From positions 1,922,001 to 1,986,000 of the forward strand of contig JBHGNT010000004.1 in assembly GCA_043228905.1 (NCBI GenBank): a stretch of DNA of 64,000 nucleotides. The letters run 5' to 3'. The position numbers were made by a program, and so were the translations under genes. Every line of letters starts with the position of its first letter. Position 1 is the first letter of the stretch. Of this stretch, positions 20,516 through 39,918 are shown piece by piece. The stretch comes from Azolla caroliniana. Lineage: Eukaryota > Plantae > Polypodiophyta. Under the pieces are notes generated by a model. It worked only from the letters and a program-made list of their open reading frames with translations. It was not told where the DNA came from and did not search any database.

Positions 20516-22874
20516 TCCGCCCCCACCAAACCGCACGTCCACCGGTACGTGCCAAATCCTGTGAAGGTTGAGAGATTTCGGCCGGTGAGAAACCGGTCTT
20601 CCGTAATCCGCATCCCGGCTCGCTGCCGGTTTGAATCGTCGGCTTCGGTTCTTCCTTCCCGCTTACCTCCCCGTAGGCTCGTTCGAGCCGTCGATGGGTC
20701 CTTCGCCGCGATCTTCGTAGTATGCGTGCTTCTGCTGGCCCTTGTTCAGTTGTATGCACACTCCGCTTTCCGTCGTACTCCCGATGCCCTTCGCTTGAGG
20801 AACGCCTGTAGTGGCCCGCCTGGCCTCCACCGACCATTCGCGTGGTCCTGATTGTCGTCCCGCGTTGTTTCCCACTTCCTTCGTCCCCTTGCCGCCACCT
20901 CCCTTCTCCTTGGTCTTACGTCGCCACGTCAGCTCGGATTGCCAGGGTCTTCGGAACGGTGTGGAGGATCCTTCTCTGGTCTTCTACGCGCGACCTCCGA
21001 ACCGTGCAACCCATCTTCGCGCTCGCCTTTCTGCTCCGGCACCTCCGTGTGCCGCGTATCCTCATCCTATGCTTGGCACCGCCTGTGCCGCGTACCCGGT
21101 CATTTGCACGCTTCGTCAGCCCTTGCCCGGCCAGATCGTGCACTGCCGCTCATCCGCATACCGGTGTCCTCCGCATCCGAGGAACACCCGTAGTAGCCCG
21201 CTAGGCCCCGTCCGTCTTGCGCTTCCTTTTGTTCGGCACCACCCGTGCCGAACACCGCCCCGTAGTCACGGTTCGATCCGGCCCGCGATGGCCACTTGCG
21301 AGACTCTTGTTCCGCCCCATGTGTGCCTTTCCGGCCCGACACACCTCCCCGGGTTTGCCCCTATCGGCTCCTTCCGAAACCGTAACCGGCCGGTAAGGGT
21401 TTCACACTTCGTCCGCCCCGTCTTACCAACCTTGGTCGATGTCGGGTCCCGTTCCTTGCCGCCACCAGCCTTCTCTCGAGGTCTCACGTTGCCACACTAG
21501 CCGAACTGTCGGAGTCTCCGGTCTGGTGTGGAGATCCCATAGGACCGGTCTTCATTTCGTTGCTTGCAGAAATTCGGGGGGGTCCTTTCTTTGAGTCCCT
21601 CTCGGACTCTCCTCATGTCTTCCGCGTAGTCGTGTCCCGCCTTCGTGTTGCCGGGTCCCATTTCCCGCTGCCACCAACCTTCTCTCTCGGTCTCATGTTG
21701 CCACATTGGCCGAACTGCCGGAGTCTCTGGTTCGGTGTGGGGATCCGAAATGGTCTGTAGCCGCCTCGCCGGCCTCATACCTCCTTGCCGTTCGTCGCTT
21801 CCTGCCGACACCGATCTCTCCTATAGGACTCACACCGGCACTCGGGCCGACAGCCGGATCGGTGTGAGGATCTCCGTAGACCGCCCATCCACAATTTTCC
21901 TCCCTTGTCCCCTTGCCGCCATCGTTACTATCTTGGTCTTACGTCGACCGCGTTGCCGACTGCCGGAGTCTCTAGATCCTGTGTGAAGGATCCTCCTTGG
22001 GCCTCCGGTTTGTCTTCCCGACCCTGTCCTGGGTCGTCCTTCTCCGCATGCCGAGAGGGTGACTCACTCCACACCCTCTCCCGTGGTACCAACGTACTGT
22101 GTTCTCGGCCTCTTCGAAGGCCTGCTCTCTTCCTCCCTCCCAGAGTGGTTATCCGGGAGTCCGCTCCGCCCGGTTCTCGTCCGGGTCCGTTCGTCATTCT
22201 CCGGATTTCCGGGTCCTGTTCTCTTGTTGCTACCGACCTCTCCTATAGGACTCACGCCGGCACTCGAGCCGACAGCTGGATCAGTGTGAAGATCTCATGG
22301 GACCGGTCTTCGTTCTCCTCTTCATCCCCCGTACTTCTCCCGAACTCGTCGTCGCTCTCCTTGTTGCGTTCCCGCCTTAATCTTCCATCTCTTTCGGTCT
22401 TACGTTGCCCCGTCGGCCGAACAGCCGAAGTCTCTGAATAGGATGTGGCGCAACTGATTTGTCAACGTCTTTCGGCGACTCGTCCGGGCCACCGCCCCTT
22501 TTAGTGGTGTCGGTGCATAGCATCCACACTGTGACCAATCAAGCCCCGCCTGAGCTTGATTCTCAAATGTCTGGAATTTCGGCTCCGACGCGGACCTTGC
22601 CAGACTCGTTCCGAACCTCTGATCACCCTCCTTCCAATTCCAGACCTTCGCTCGGTCGGTCTTTCTCCCCATGTAAAAGAGGGCGGCTCATCCCACACCC
22701 TCTCCCGTATTGGCACCTTTATGCCGAATCCGGCCCCGATCGAACCATCCACGACCGGATTACGCCCCACCCATATCGAAGCGTCGCGCGGTTCGGTCCC
22801 CGGCCGGGTCGTTCCTTGGTCTCTTCGTCAACCTTTTCGCGGGCCATCTCCCATCCTCCTTCGCTGGCATCGTG

Positions 22875-24297
22875 CTAGGACTCCTCGATACCGTCATCCA
22901 TCTCCTCAGTCTCACATGGGCATAGGGGCCCGAACACCGAGTTCTCCGGAATCAGGTTTGAGGGCTTTCGTCCGCTCCTTCCCGGTATCGTCTCGTCGGT
23001 GATTCTTGGTCTCTCGCGGCCTCCTTCTTCCTCCTGAGACTCACGTGGGCACTCGGGCCCGACTGTCGTTGTCTCGGGAGCAAGCGTGGGAAGACGCAAA
23101 GAATCGCCTGTCCGTTTTACGCCCTTATCCGTAGCCACCGGCTCTTCGCAGTCGGTGGTCGTCTCCTTATCGATCGCGCAAGCCCCATCTGGGCTTGCTT
23201 CTCCAATGACCGTAGTTTCGGGCTGATACGCTCGACACCGTTGGTTCCAACGTAGCCACCGGCTCTTCGCAGTCGGTGGTCGTCTCCTTATCGATCGCGC
23301 AAGCCCCATCTGGGCTTGCTTCTCCAATGACCGTAGTTTCGGGCTGATACGCTCGACACCGTTGGTTCCAACGTTCGGATCCCGCAATCGGTATCTCGGC
23401 CTCGTCCTTGGCCGTTCTATCTCCGCAAGTTGAGAGGGCATTTTGTTCCGCACCCTCTCCCGTGGTACCGTGGTACCGATCTTCCGTCATCGCGTGGGGC
23501 AGGTCTGTCTCCTCAGTCTCGGCTTGCGGCCTCGATCTTTCCTCTTCCTCGAGCATCGCCTCGAGAGCTGCATACGCCTCCGCAATCATGGCCCCAACGC
23601 CGACCCTTGCCGACTCTCTTTGCCGTTCGGCCTCTTCCCGCTGTGATGGCACGCCGTCGCGCGCCTTCCTCTTAGCCTTCTTGGCTCGCTCGTTGTCTAA
23701 CCGTTGGCACACCCTTCCGACCTTCGCCCAGTCCTCCGTAAGCCCATTCGCTCTGTCATCGTCTTCGAGCTCAATCCCTATGGCCTCCCGTTCAGCTCGG
23801 TCGATCGACCTAACGAACAATAGGACTTTGTCCGCCCCCACCAAACCTTGTTCCCGCTCCGGGAGCCGAGCAAGCCGTCGCTCAAACTCTCGGAACGCCT
23901 TCATTGTGCCCTGGTAGGTCTTTGCCGATGCTACCCACTGGTCGAAGTTGTGTCGTCCCCAACTCTTCCGCCGTCCTCCATATGCCTGCAGGAGCGCCTC
24001 TTCAAAGGCCTCCCACGAACTATGAGCTTCTCGGAGCTCCTTCACTTCCGTGTGCATACGGACGGCGACAGCCCGACAGAAGAACTCCAGCCTCAACGCT
24101 TCGTCTACGTCTCGCTCCTCCATCTCCGCGTTGTAGGCTTCCAAGTAAGATGGGACTTTGTCCCCGTTGAAACGGCCGACTCTTTCGACCACTCGCTCGA
24201 CCGCTTGTTGCGCCGTCTCTCGTCTTGCCGTTGCTCATCCAAACTCCCTCACCGCTTCGACAAAAAGTTCTGCGAAGTCGTCTTCTTCTAGCTCCAT
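22875..24297 (-). pseudogene. Gag-like ORF of N- (capsid-like N-terminus plus low-complexity tail)
   Basis: VGRFNGDKVPSYLEAYNAEM and LTEDWAKVGRVC match B gag IGRFSGKDAMKYLASYEAEM and LTTDWAAVKRVC; one early TGA; frameshifted by a 121-bp duplication. Confidence 0.82.
23130..23371. repeat. 121-bp tandem duplication
   Basis: CGTAGCCACCGG...GTTGGTTCCAA at 23130 and 23251, apparently identical. Confidence 0.95.
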
Positions 24298-24312
24298 TCT
24301 CCCTTGCCGCCC

Positions 24313-24330
24313 TTCACGTCAGGTTCACCA
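24313..24330 (-). promoter_or_regulatory. tRNA-Trp primer-binding site of N-
   Basis: TTCACGTCAGGTTCACCA, 17/18 identical to the PBS of B, 4 nt from the LTR end. Confidence 0.85.
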
Positions 24331-24334
24331 AAGA

Positions 24335-25060
24335 TGTCGTGAAGTTTCGCGCGTGCGTGTAGAAGGGCAGGACCACAAGGGTCTTGGACTAGGTAGTGAC
24401 GGAGCGTAGGAAGTCGTGATTCACCATTTCTGGGACGCTGGAAACGACCGGAAAGGAGGGAGAGAAGAACATGCGTGCACCCCTGGCCGACACACGCACA
24501 CACATAGTGCCGACCCCACTCACGCTTATGTACAGAAACAGAAGTAAGGAAACACTAAAACACCCACACAGACACCAAAAACGCACAATGTCCCATAGGT
24601 ATATTTACAAGAAGCAAGATACAACAGTCGTCTACTTGACAGCCGAACGGGGTCTTGCACAGCCGACATGGAAGATACAGAACCTGCAGGTATCAAGCTA
24701 GACTCACAGAGTGACGAAGAAGAAGCAAAGGAGGAGAAGAAGAAGAAACCCTAAAACAAGAGAGAAAGAGGAAGAGAGAATGTCTCTTCATCTAACGGTA
24801 TACCCTACTAATGCAAAATGGGCAACCCCTCGAAAAGGGGGCAGTCCCTCCCTTTTATAGAACAAGGAGAGGGATGTGTTACAATGTGGGATAAATCCCG
24901 ACTTACATGGGATTCTCTATCCCGACTTAACTACTGTTCGGCGCCATAAAGGCGCCCTCGTTATTCACGCTAAATGTACAAGGGTGAGCGCACATGTTGC
25001 ACCCCGCCGATGTAGCCAACATTTCCCAATTTCCGCCTCTGGCCGAAATTCTTCACGACA
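24335..25060 (-). repeat. 5' LTR of N- (726 bp)
   Basis: Terminal inverted TGTCGTGAAG...CTTCACGACA; adjacent PBS. Confidence 0.95.
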
Positions 25061-25510
25061 GCGTATTGGGGTCACCTAAGGATCGAGGAACAAACGCGGA
25101 TTCGGGGAACGATAACGGCACACGGGAAAAGCCTACAGAAGGCGAGCACAGAACGAAGGGGGTCGGTACGAGGTGTTCAGGGTGAGGAGAAGGTCGAGCC
25201 GGATATGGAACACACGCGATATGCGAGGAGGGACATGCACGGCGAGCGAAGGAAGAAAGACCGGATCAGCAATAATGTTTGGGAGGGCCGGTTGAAGAAG
25301 AAGGTGCGTGCGTCGGACGTGGTGGATCGGATGGAGCCGACGGGTCGGGGCCGGTAAGGAGCCGGCAAGACGGATCAACGCCAGCAAGGAACCGGTGAGA
25401 CGGTCGGGTGCCGGTAAGGCGGAGGACCCGGTTGATCACCGTCGCCGAAATCTCTCACCCTTTTCCTTTCTTGGCACATACCGATGGATGTGCGGTTTGG
25501 TGGGGGTGGA

Positions 25511-26151
25511 TTTCGTGAAGATTTCCGACTATAGTGTGAAACCGAGGTGGAATGGGCAAGTCGACAATGTGCAAAATGTGCACATGTATAGTAGTAAAAT
25601 GGCGTATAGAATAAGGGGGAGAATTTGTTCCGCATTGTAACGTCTCTCCCTCCTTGGACTATAAAAGGAAGGGAGGGGTCCCTTGTGAAGGGGTTGCCCA
25701 TTTTCTGTCATAGGGGTATATACCATTTTTGTGGAGGGACTTTCTTTTGTTAAGAGTTTCTAGGGTTAGCAACTTCTTCTTCTTCTTCTTCTTCTTGAGA
25801 AGTTAGGCGCGGTAGCCATGGCGGCGAAGCGTTGTTAGGGTTAGCTTCTTTTCTTCAAAGCGTAGCCCGGCTCGAAGCCGGGGTTGTATCTTTTCCCTTG
25901 TAATATATATATACTCATACTTGTTTGTGCATATTGGTGTACTTGGCAGTGTCGGGAGCATAGCCCCTTGTTTCCTGTGCATAAGAGTCGGTGTCGCGTG
26001 CATGCTCTCTCTCTTCTTTATCTCTCTCTCTCTCTCATGCTCGGTTGCCTCCGAGACGTGTCCAGAGTCAGTTTCTCAGCATCCCTTCCTCCCTAGTCCG
26101 ACACCCCCGTGGTCCCGCCCCTTCTACACGCACGCACGTAATAATGCGACA
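25511..26151 (+). repeat. 3' LTR of N+ (641 bp)
   Basis: Follows GGTGGGGGTGGA; starts TTTCGTGAAG (mutated TG), TATAAAAG near 25660, ends GCGACA; U5 end homologous to other N LTRs. Confidence 0.85.
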
Positions 26152-26904
26152 ACAGTCATTTCCCATCTTGGATCCAATGATGCATTGCATATTGTGGGAT
26201 TCAAAGGAATCACATGGTACCTTTCTTTGTCACAATAAGAGTAAATATATATATATAGGAAGAAGGACAAACCATTGCACACACAAAACAAAAGGCATTG
26301 GTAGCAATAGTGCCCAAAACAAGTTTATAACTAAGATGATATCAATATTATAATATTTTCACTTTGCAATAATACAGATACCTATCCTTGCCTCTTTTTT
26401 ATGCTATAAAAAGTTGTCAAAAGTAAGAAAGAACCTCCGACTAAGTTCAGCATTTACAAGGATAGCCTTAAGCTTTCAAAATATTACTAGAAGGCCCCCA
26501 TTTAGTTGCATTCAATTCAACTCCTTCATGAGCAAAGCTCTTTAAAAACTCTTCCTTCATTGCAGTATAACACCTTTTGTTGTTCTCACCGAAAACTATG
26601 TCTTACTCGAGTGTTCTTCTCGAGAATCACCTCGATGTCCATGTGCAAGAATGTACAATTAGCTACCCTTCTGTTGGTGAGATAAGTGAGATGGTGTGTT
26701 AGTCACTCTCAAGCTACTAATACGAAGGCAACTTTAAGAGGCAACAATGCAAGAAAATACCAATATGACTTAGATTTCCTTACTCTATGTTTAAAATAAG
26801 TACAAAATTAAAACAATTACAATGATGAGGTGTATAAGTTAGGATTAAGGAGAGAAAGAAAGAGGCTTAAGGTTTACCTCTTTGGATTGTAATGAGGAAG
26901 AATG

Positions 26905-27247
26905 TCTACAAAATATTTATAGTTTCATCTTTATACTTCCTTTGTTTCAATAATATAAGACTTAGGCCCCTTTCACACTTGTAAGGGTATAAATACAATT
27001 GATAGATATTACCGTTATACCCCATTACAATCTTACTATGTTTGTCTATCTCTATTGCCCTACCTAGAAAAGTAGTTCAATCCTCAATGTGTCCATAGTT
27101 GTAGCATCAGAGGTGAGATGTATGACATATACTTAACATCACCCTTGACATAATGTGTGCACAGCTCCTAGGTGCATTAAGGAAGGCTTCACTATGGTTG
27201 TTGGTAGGGAGGAGGTATCAATTTAGGTGTTAGAAATAGGAAGTAGT
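26905..27247 (+). repeat. Dispersed repeat, second copy at about 49265-49607
   Basis: Collinear similarity over about 340 bp (AAATATTTATA...TTAGGTGTTAGAAA). Confidence 0.8.
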
Positions 27248-27729
27248 GTAGGGGTGCAAGGAGGAGTAGATGGTGGCACCATGTGATGGCCATGGGGTGA
27301 AGGGTAGTAGATGTTCTCTTAAAAAACCCTAAATTCTAAATTGAATGGTAACTCTACTTTTGTTGTACTATGAGTTGTCTTAGGGGGTTGTTAGATTGGT
27401 TCCCCACGATTTGTGGCCACCTTAGTGGGTGTCTACAAACTCGTCATTGAATCCTTGAACCGCATAACTATTGTGTATGCATGATTTTAGGTTTTGAAAT
27501 GTTTAGTAATGAGGAAGTTTTGTAGGGTCAGGTCACACAATGCATGGATGAACCAATTTATTTGTTTTTCGTAAGTCATCTTGTTATTGAAATCATATCC
27601 ATGATGTCTGCTTTTACTCTGATATATGTAGTTGTAGACTATCCCTTTTGCCACTTGCTTTATAGAAAAGAGTATCCTTTGAGATTCCACTCCATTCCTC
27701 TTACTGCAAAGTTGGTCAAATTTTCTTTC

Positions 27730-28283
27730 GCCGCACCATGCCTACCTTCGACCTTCGACGCTTCCAACTATCTAACCACGCTAGTTGGAGCCTCACCTTT
27801 GACCTTAATCAACGCCACATTAGGTGCCACTTGCTACCCATCCTACCCTCATCCTACCAAAGAGGCTTTGAGATGATGGAACCCTCTACAATCATCACAT
27901 AAACAATGAATGTCCACTTTGCTCTCCCCCCTCCAACATACAATGCCTCTAGTGCCCAATATTGCCCATTTGTTGACTAGGCATTGCTCCTTCATCATCC
28001 ACCCACTCACCCCCATTACCTCCCATCTAAATTACCTCCTTCAACAACTTCTCCTCTCTCCCCAACTTTGATAAACTTGCCCCTCTCCTCTCTTCTACCA
28101 CCTTCTCCCTCACAACCAATGGTGCAACATGATGCACCTAAGAGTGTGCACTCATTAGTTTGGGTGGATGTTAAGTATCAAGTACATAGTACATACTGAA
28201 ACCCGCGAAGACATTGACATTGGCTCTAGAACATTACTCCTAATGCTTGCCCCAATGTGAAATGAGACAACCTTTCTGTAAAT
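27730..28283 (+). repeat. Dispersed degenerate repeat (probably old retroelement); other copy 42620-42814 + 47812-48240, partial inverted copy about 50770-50835
   Basis: Direct sequence similarity; this copy carries the empty CAATG site that copia D occupies in the other copy. Confidence 0.8.
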
Positions 28284-28284
28284 A

Positions 28285-29575
28285 AGCCTGGTATCAATAA
28301 CTCTCCCACAAAGAATTTGGTTAGTAAGTTAGCTCGTTCTTTCTATGAATTCATGTAGGCATGTGTAATTGCTTACATGAAGAACGATCATAGATGCAAT
28401 GAATAGAAGGACAGGATGGACTGAGATGCAATTATGAAGAAAGATTATTGCTAGGTACAAACAATTTGTATAGTGAAGCTGAAGATTGATTATGAATCAA
28501 ATGGAGAATAAGTGAGGATTAATTGGAAAATAATTGGAGGGTTTGTCTGAAGAATGATTCTACGTATCAAACAAATGAAGGATACTTAGGGATCAATCCA
28601 ATTGTTTACAAACAATGTTAGCATCCAGAAACTTGTATTACCTTCATTGTTCCAAACATAGATTGACATATTCGCATTCGTCGGGTTTCCCATTCGAATG
28701 CAAACGAATACGAATACAAATGGGTAATCAAGTATTCGTTTAACACCCCCCCCCCCCCCAAAAAAAAAAAAACAAACTTTTTAAAAAAAAATTCCTAGGA
28801 TAAAAAGAAAGGAACTTAACAATAAATAGGAAATAAAAGAGGGACTTTGGGGACTCAACACTATTAAATTTTTATAATAAATGTATAACTTATAAGTATT
28901 CATTTTATTTTTAATAAATAAATAGAATGAAATAAAGGCTCATTAATTTCTCACTTTTTATTTTCTCAAAATTTATGGATTTTTTTATCTTGACATTAAA
29001 AATAGTACTTCAAACTAATCATATGTTCAAAGTTCATACTAATTAGTAATCATATTTGTATAATAAATATAAAAATATTCGTTTTTAAAAAATTAATTAA
29101 TTAAAATAAGTTTCATAAACTCTCTTGACATTATAATCTATTAATGAATAATTGTTTTTTTTTGGTGAAATACATTTATTTAAATAAATAAATAAATTTT
29201 TTATATTGATTTTACAAAACGAATGGTTTTTTAATATTCTTGGGCCCATTTTGCATTCTCGAATATGGAGAATATTGCGCATGGAGAATATAACGAATAT
29301 CACGCATGTGTCAATCTATGGTTCCAAATATGGGGAAAGCATTGGAAATGTTTAACCTAATCTCCGAAGTCTTTCTGTAGATCAAACTTTTGACTAAAAT
29401 CAAAATCCCTTGAATGTTTCTTATGTGGCCACACAATTGAGAATATGTCGATCCTAAGCATAAACTCATTATAAGAATGTCAACAACTAAATCAAAATAT
29501 ACGCAGACATATATTGGTATGATCTTCATTATGTGGTGATCATGGGGTTTCAACATGAGGCAAGGTTTTGGTTTG
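28285..29575 (-). pseudogene. Collapsed LRR-RLK paralog (exon 1 and intron 1 fused to last intron / last acceptor)
   Basis: 28285-28379 matches about 51771-51873; 28377-28650 matches about 38127-38402; 29500-29575 matches exon 1 (HHIMKIIP). Confidence 0.82.
28657..29320. mobile_element. hAT-type MITE (664 bp)
   Basis: 12-bp TIR CATAGATTGACA, 8-bp TSD GTTCCAAA (28649-28656, 29321-29328), subterminal ATTCG/CGAAT motifs, AT-rich core. Confidence 0.92.
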
Positions 29576-30665
29576 ATAAGAAATGGTTCAATTATCTTGA
29601 TTGAAGCTGATAATGATTAGGTAGCTGTGCAGAGGAAGCAGTGAGCTATGCCAGATTTGTTCCCTCGCACAACGACCACAAGATTTATAAATACAAAGAC
29701 ATCAGGGTCGCCTCCAGCCTTTAAATACACAGAGTAGGACTTTATACAAAGACATCCTAACGTTATATTAATTATTCAAACATCTAAAAAGTGTTGACAT
29801 CTATTTTATCTGGGATAAATTGATAATGCACAAAGTATTCAAATGTACATCTAACGAGTACATTTGAATCAAGCTTTGTGTGAGCACTTCCATCAAGGCC
29901 TCCGAAGTGAGATCAACAATCTTTTGTTAAACTTTTTGGAGCCCATATCCTTCTCACAAGCAATTTGGCAAGCTGTTTATTGAGGCAATTAACTTTTTGA
30001 CCTTCACCAAGAAGGGTGCAAGACACAAGGGTTTCATTCTTTCCAAGGATATGAAATATCTTTGTTAGTCTCACTCGCTTCGTCGAATTCACCATTTTTT
30101 GAGGTAACCAATAACCACGACCCCATGGAGACAAAGGTGTTGTGTAGAGTCATATGTCACAACAGCTTGTACCTTGTATGGTGACAATGGTGTTGAGACA
30201 ACGGGTCGACTTAAGCGAGGGTAAAGAGCCAAGATGGGAAGAGTTTTAGTTTAATTCCTAACAATCAGGCCAAATCATGAGTGTTACAGGACCTCCCTTA
30301 GAGGTGAAAGCCTCAAGCTTGGAGTATTTTTGATGCAGGCGGTGCACACACAATTAACACTCATTCTTTATTAGTTTACATGCATAAGCATAAATAAATA
30401 TGTGTATATATGTGGTATATACCAATCTATACATGCACAAATATGAATGTGAATGTATGTTGCATACAATATACATGATGCATGCATGCGTACATACACA
30501 ATGCATGCATGCCCATTGAAATCAACATGGTTCCACTCCCAAACCATATATACTTATTTTGATCTCTTGCGGCTTGTTTGCGGTTTGAATATGAATGTAT
30601 GGAGTATATATATATACACATCATGCAGGAACCCATGCATTTTTCTTCATACAGATTCATTGAAA

Positions 30666-38487
<7,822 letters not shown>

Positions 38488-39061
38488 AATGTGGTGATAG
38501 CTTTCAACTTGAGGTTTTGGGTTTTGGGCCTCAGATTCAGCTACAAAAGCTCTTAATCTCATCATTATGAATTGACACAAGACACTGAAGCATATGATAC
38601 AAGAAAATCTGTTTTAGCTACAAGAAAATATGTAAAGTAAAATTGATGATCTCTCTGTTCTCTCTGTCGAGACAGAGAGTTGATGATGAGCTGGAAAAAA
38701 TGCACATTAAAAAAACAAGTCAAAAATAGTGGACAGAGACAGGAATGCTTTTTTATTATAAACATTAGAAGGCGTAATCTATGTATGAATATATAGGTTA
38801 ATAATTGTTGATGCGTTATGTGTTCATAGTTTGGAGTGTCTATAAGATGATATATAGACTTATCTTTGTGGTCAATGTATGTATAAGCACATGGGGTGCA
38901 CGGCAGGAATTTGATGGGTGTCATGCCCATCAAAGGCCCATTTTGCCCATCAAAAACACACACCCAATAAAAATGTCCGTCAAGTGACATATAAACTTAC
39001 AATTTTCATTTTCCATGTCATATATATATTTATTTTCCATGCTAAAAATTTATTTTCCATG

Positions 39062-39098
<37 letters not shown>

Positions 39099-39918
39099 TG
39101 ACATTGTATAATGTCATGACTCATAATACATATTATATATAGTATATTTAATATTGTAATATGTACTATGTATATTGTAGATTGTAGTATATGTACATAC
39201 ATGATACTACAAAGACATATACTATTATAATGTACATTGTAGTATGTACATTTTATAATAGTATAACTGTATATGTATTATGTATAATGTGAGTCGTGAG
39301 TCGTGACTAATAACTATGCTTTCAATGTTTCATTTCTAAATTCCCGAATCCCCCCTCTTTCTCTTTTCTTGCTTTCCTTCTTCCTGCTCCTTCTCGCTTC
39401 CTACTCCCTGTTCCTTGGTCGTTGCCCATTGCTCCCAGCACGCTCACTACACGTTGCTCCCTCTCGCTTCTCGGTGATTATACATCTGCTATTTGCCACC
39501 ACTCTGAGGTATGTATTTGTCTCTCTTTTTTCTATTTCTCTCTATTTTCTCGCTCGAATGCATTCCTCGCTTATTTGACTCAGGTTCAATCCCCACTTAT
39601 TTGAGGGGTGGCCATAGTCATGGGGGTCATCATGGGCGGCAATAATATGACAAATCAATCTATTTGTCTCTCCTCCTGCCCTCCCCTTTTCTTGTCTTAA
39701 CAAATGGTGAGAGATCACAAATTATTACAAGAAACTAATCTCATGTTTGGACGTATTTTATGCTTGGGCATTTGCCAGCCCCCCCCCCCCCCCCCCCCCC
39801 CCCAATAATTCTCTTAATATCGAGTATAAATGCAACTGGAATAGCACTTAAAATTAGATCTATGACTGGTTGATCTCCATTTCATATGACCTCTCGTAGA
39901 GTAAAACATGGTCTCACG

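Larger units (their letters stand above)
19754..25060 (-). mobile_element. Complete non-autonomous gag-only LTR element N- (5.3 kb)
   Basis: Two highly similar LTRs (24335-25060, 19754-20515), tRNA-Trp PBS, gag-like ORF, PPT; no PR/RT/RH/IN motifs seen; flanks ACGT / GCGT. Confidence 0.92.
18257..26151 (+). mobile_element. Non-autonomous LTR element N+ (3' half), outermost host, interrupted by N-
   Basis: 18257 onward matches the reverse complement of about 22400-22565; internal sequence resumes at 25061; PPT and 3' LTR 25511-26151. Confidence 0.8.

Noticed and set aside
20508-22900. An env-like or accessory gene in the N- interior
   Set aside because: Only short overlapping low-complexity ORFs; no signal peptide or TM segment, and no frame clearly shared with N+
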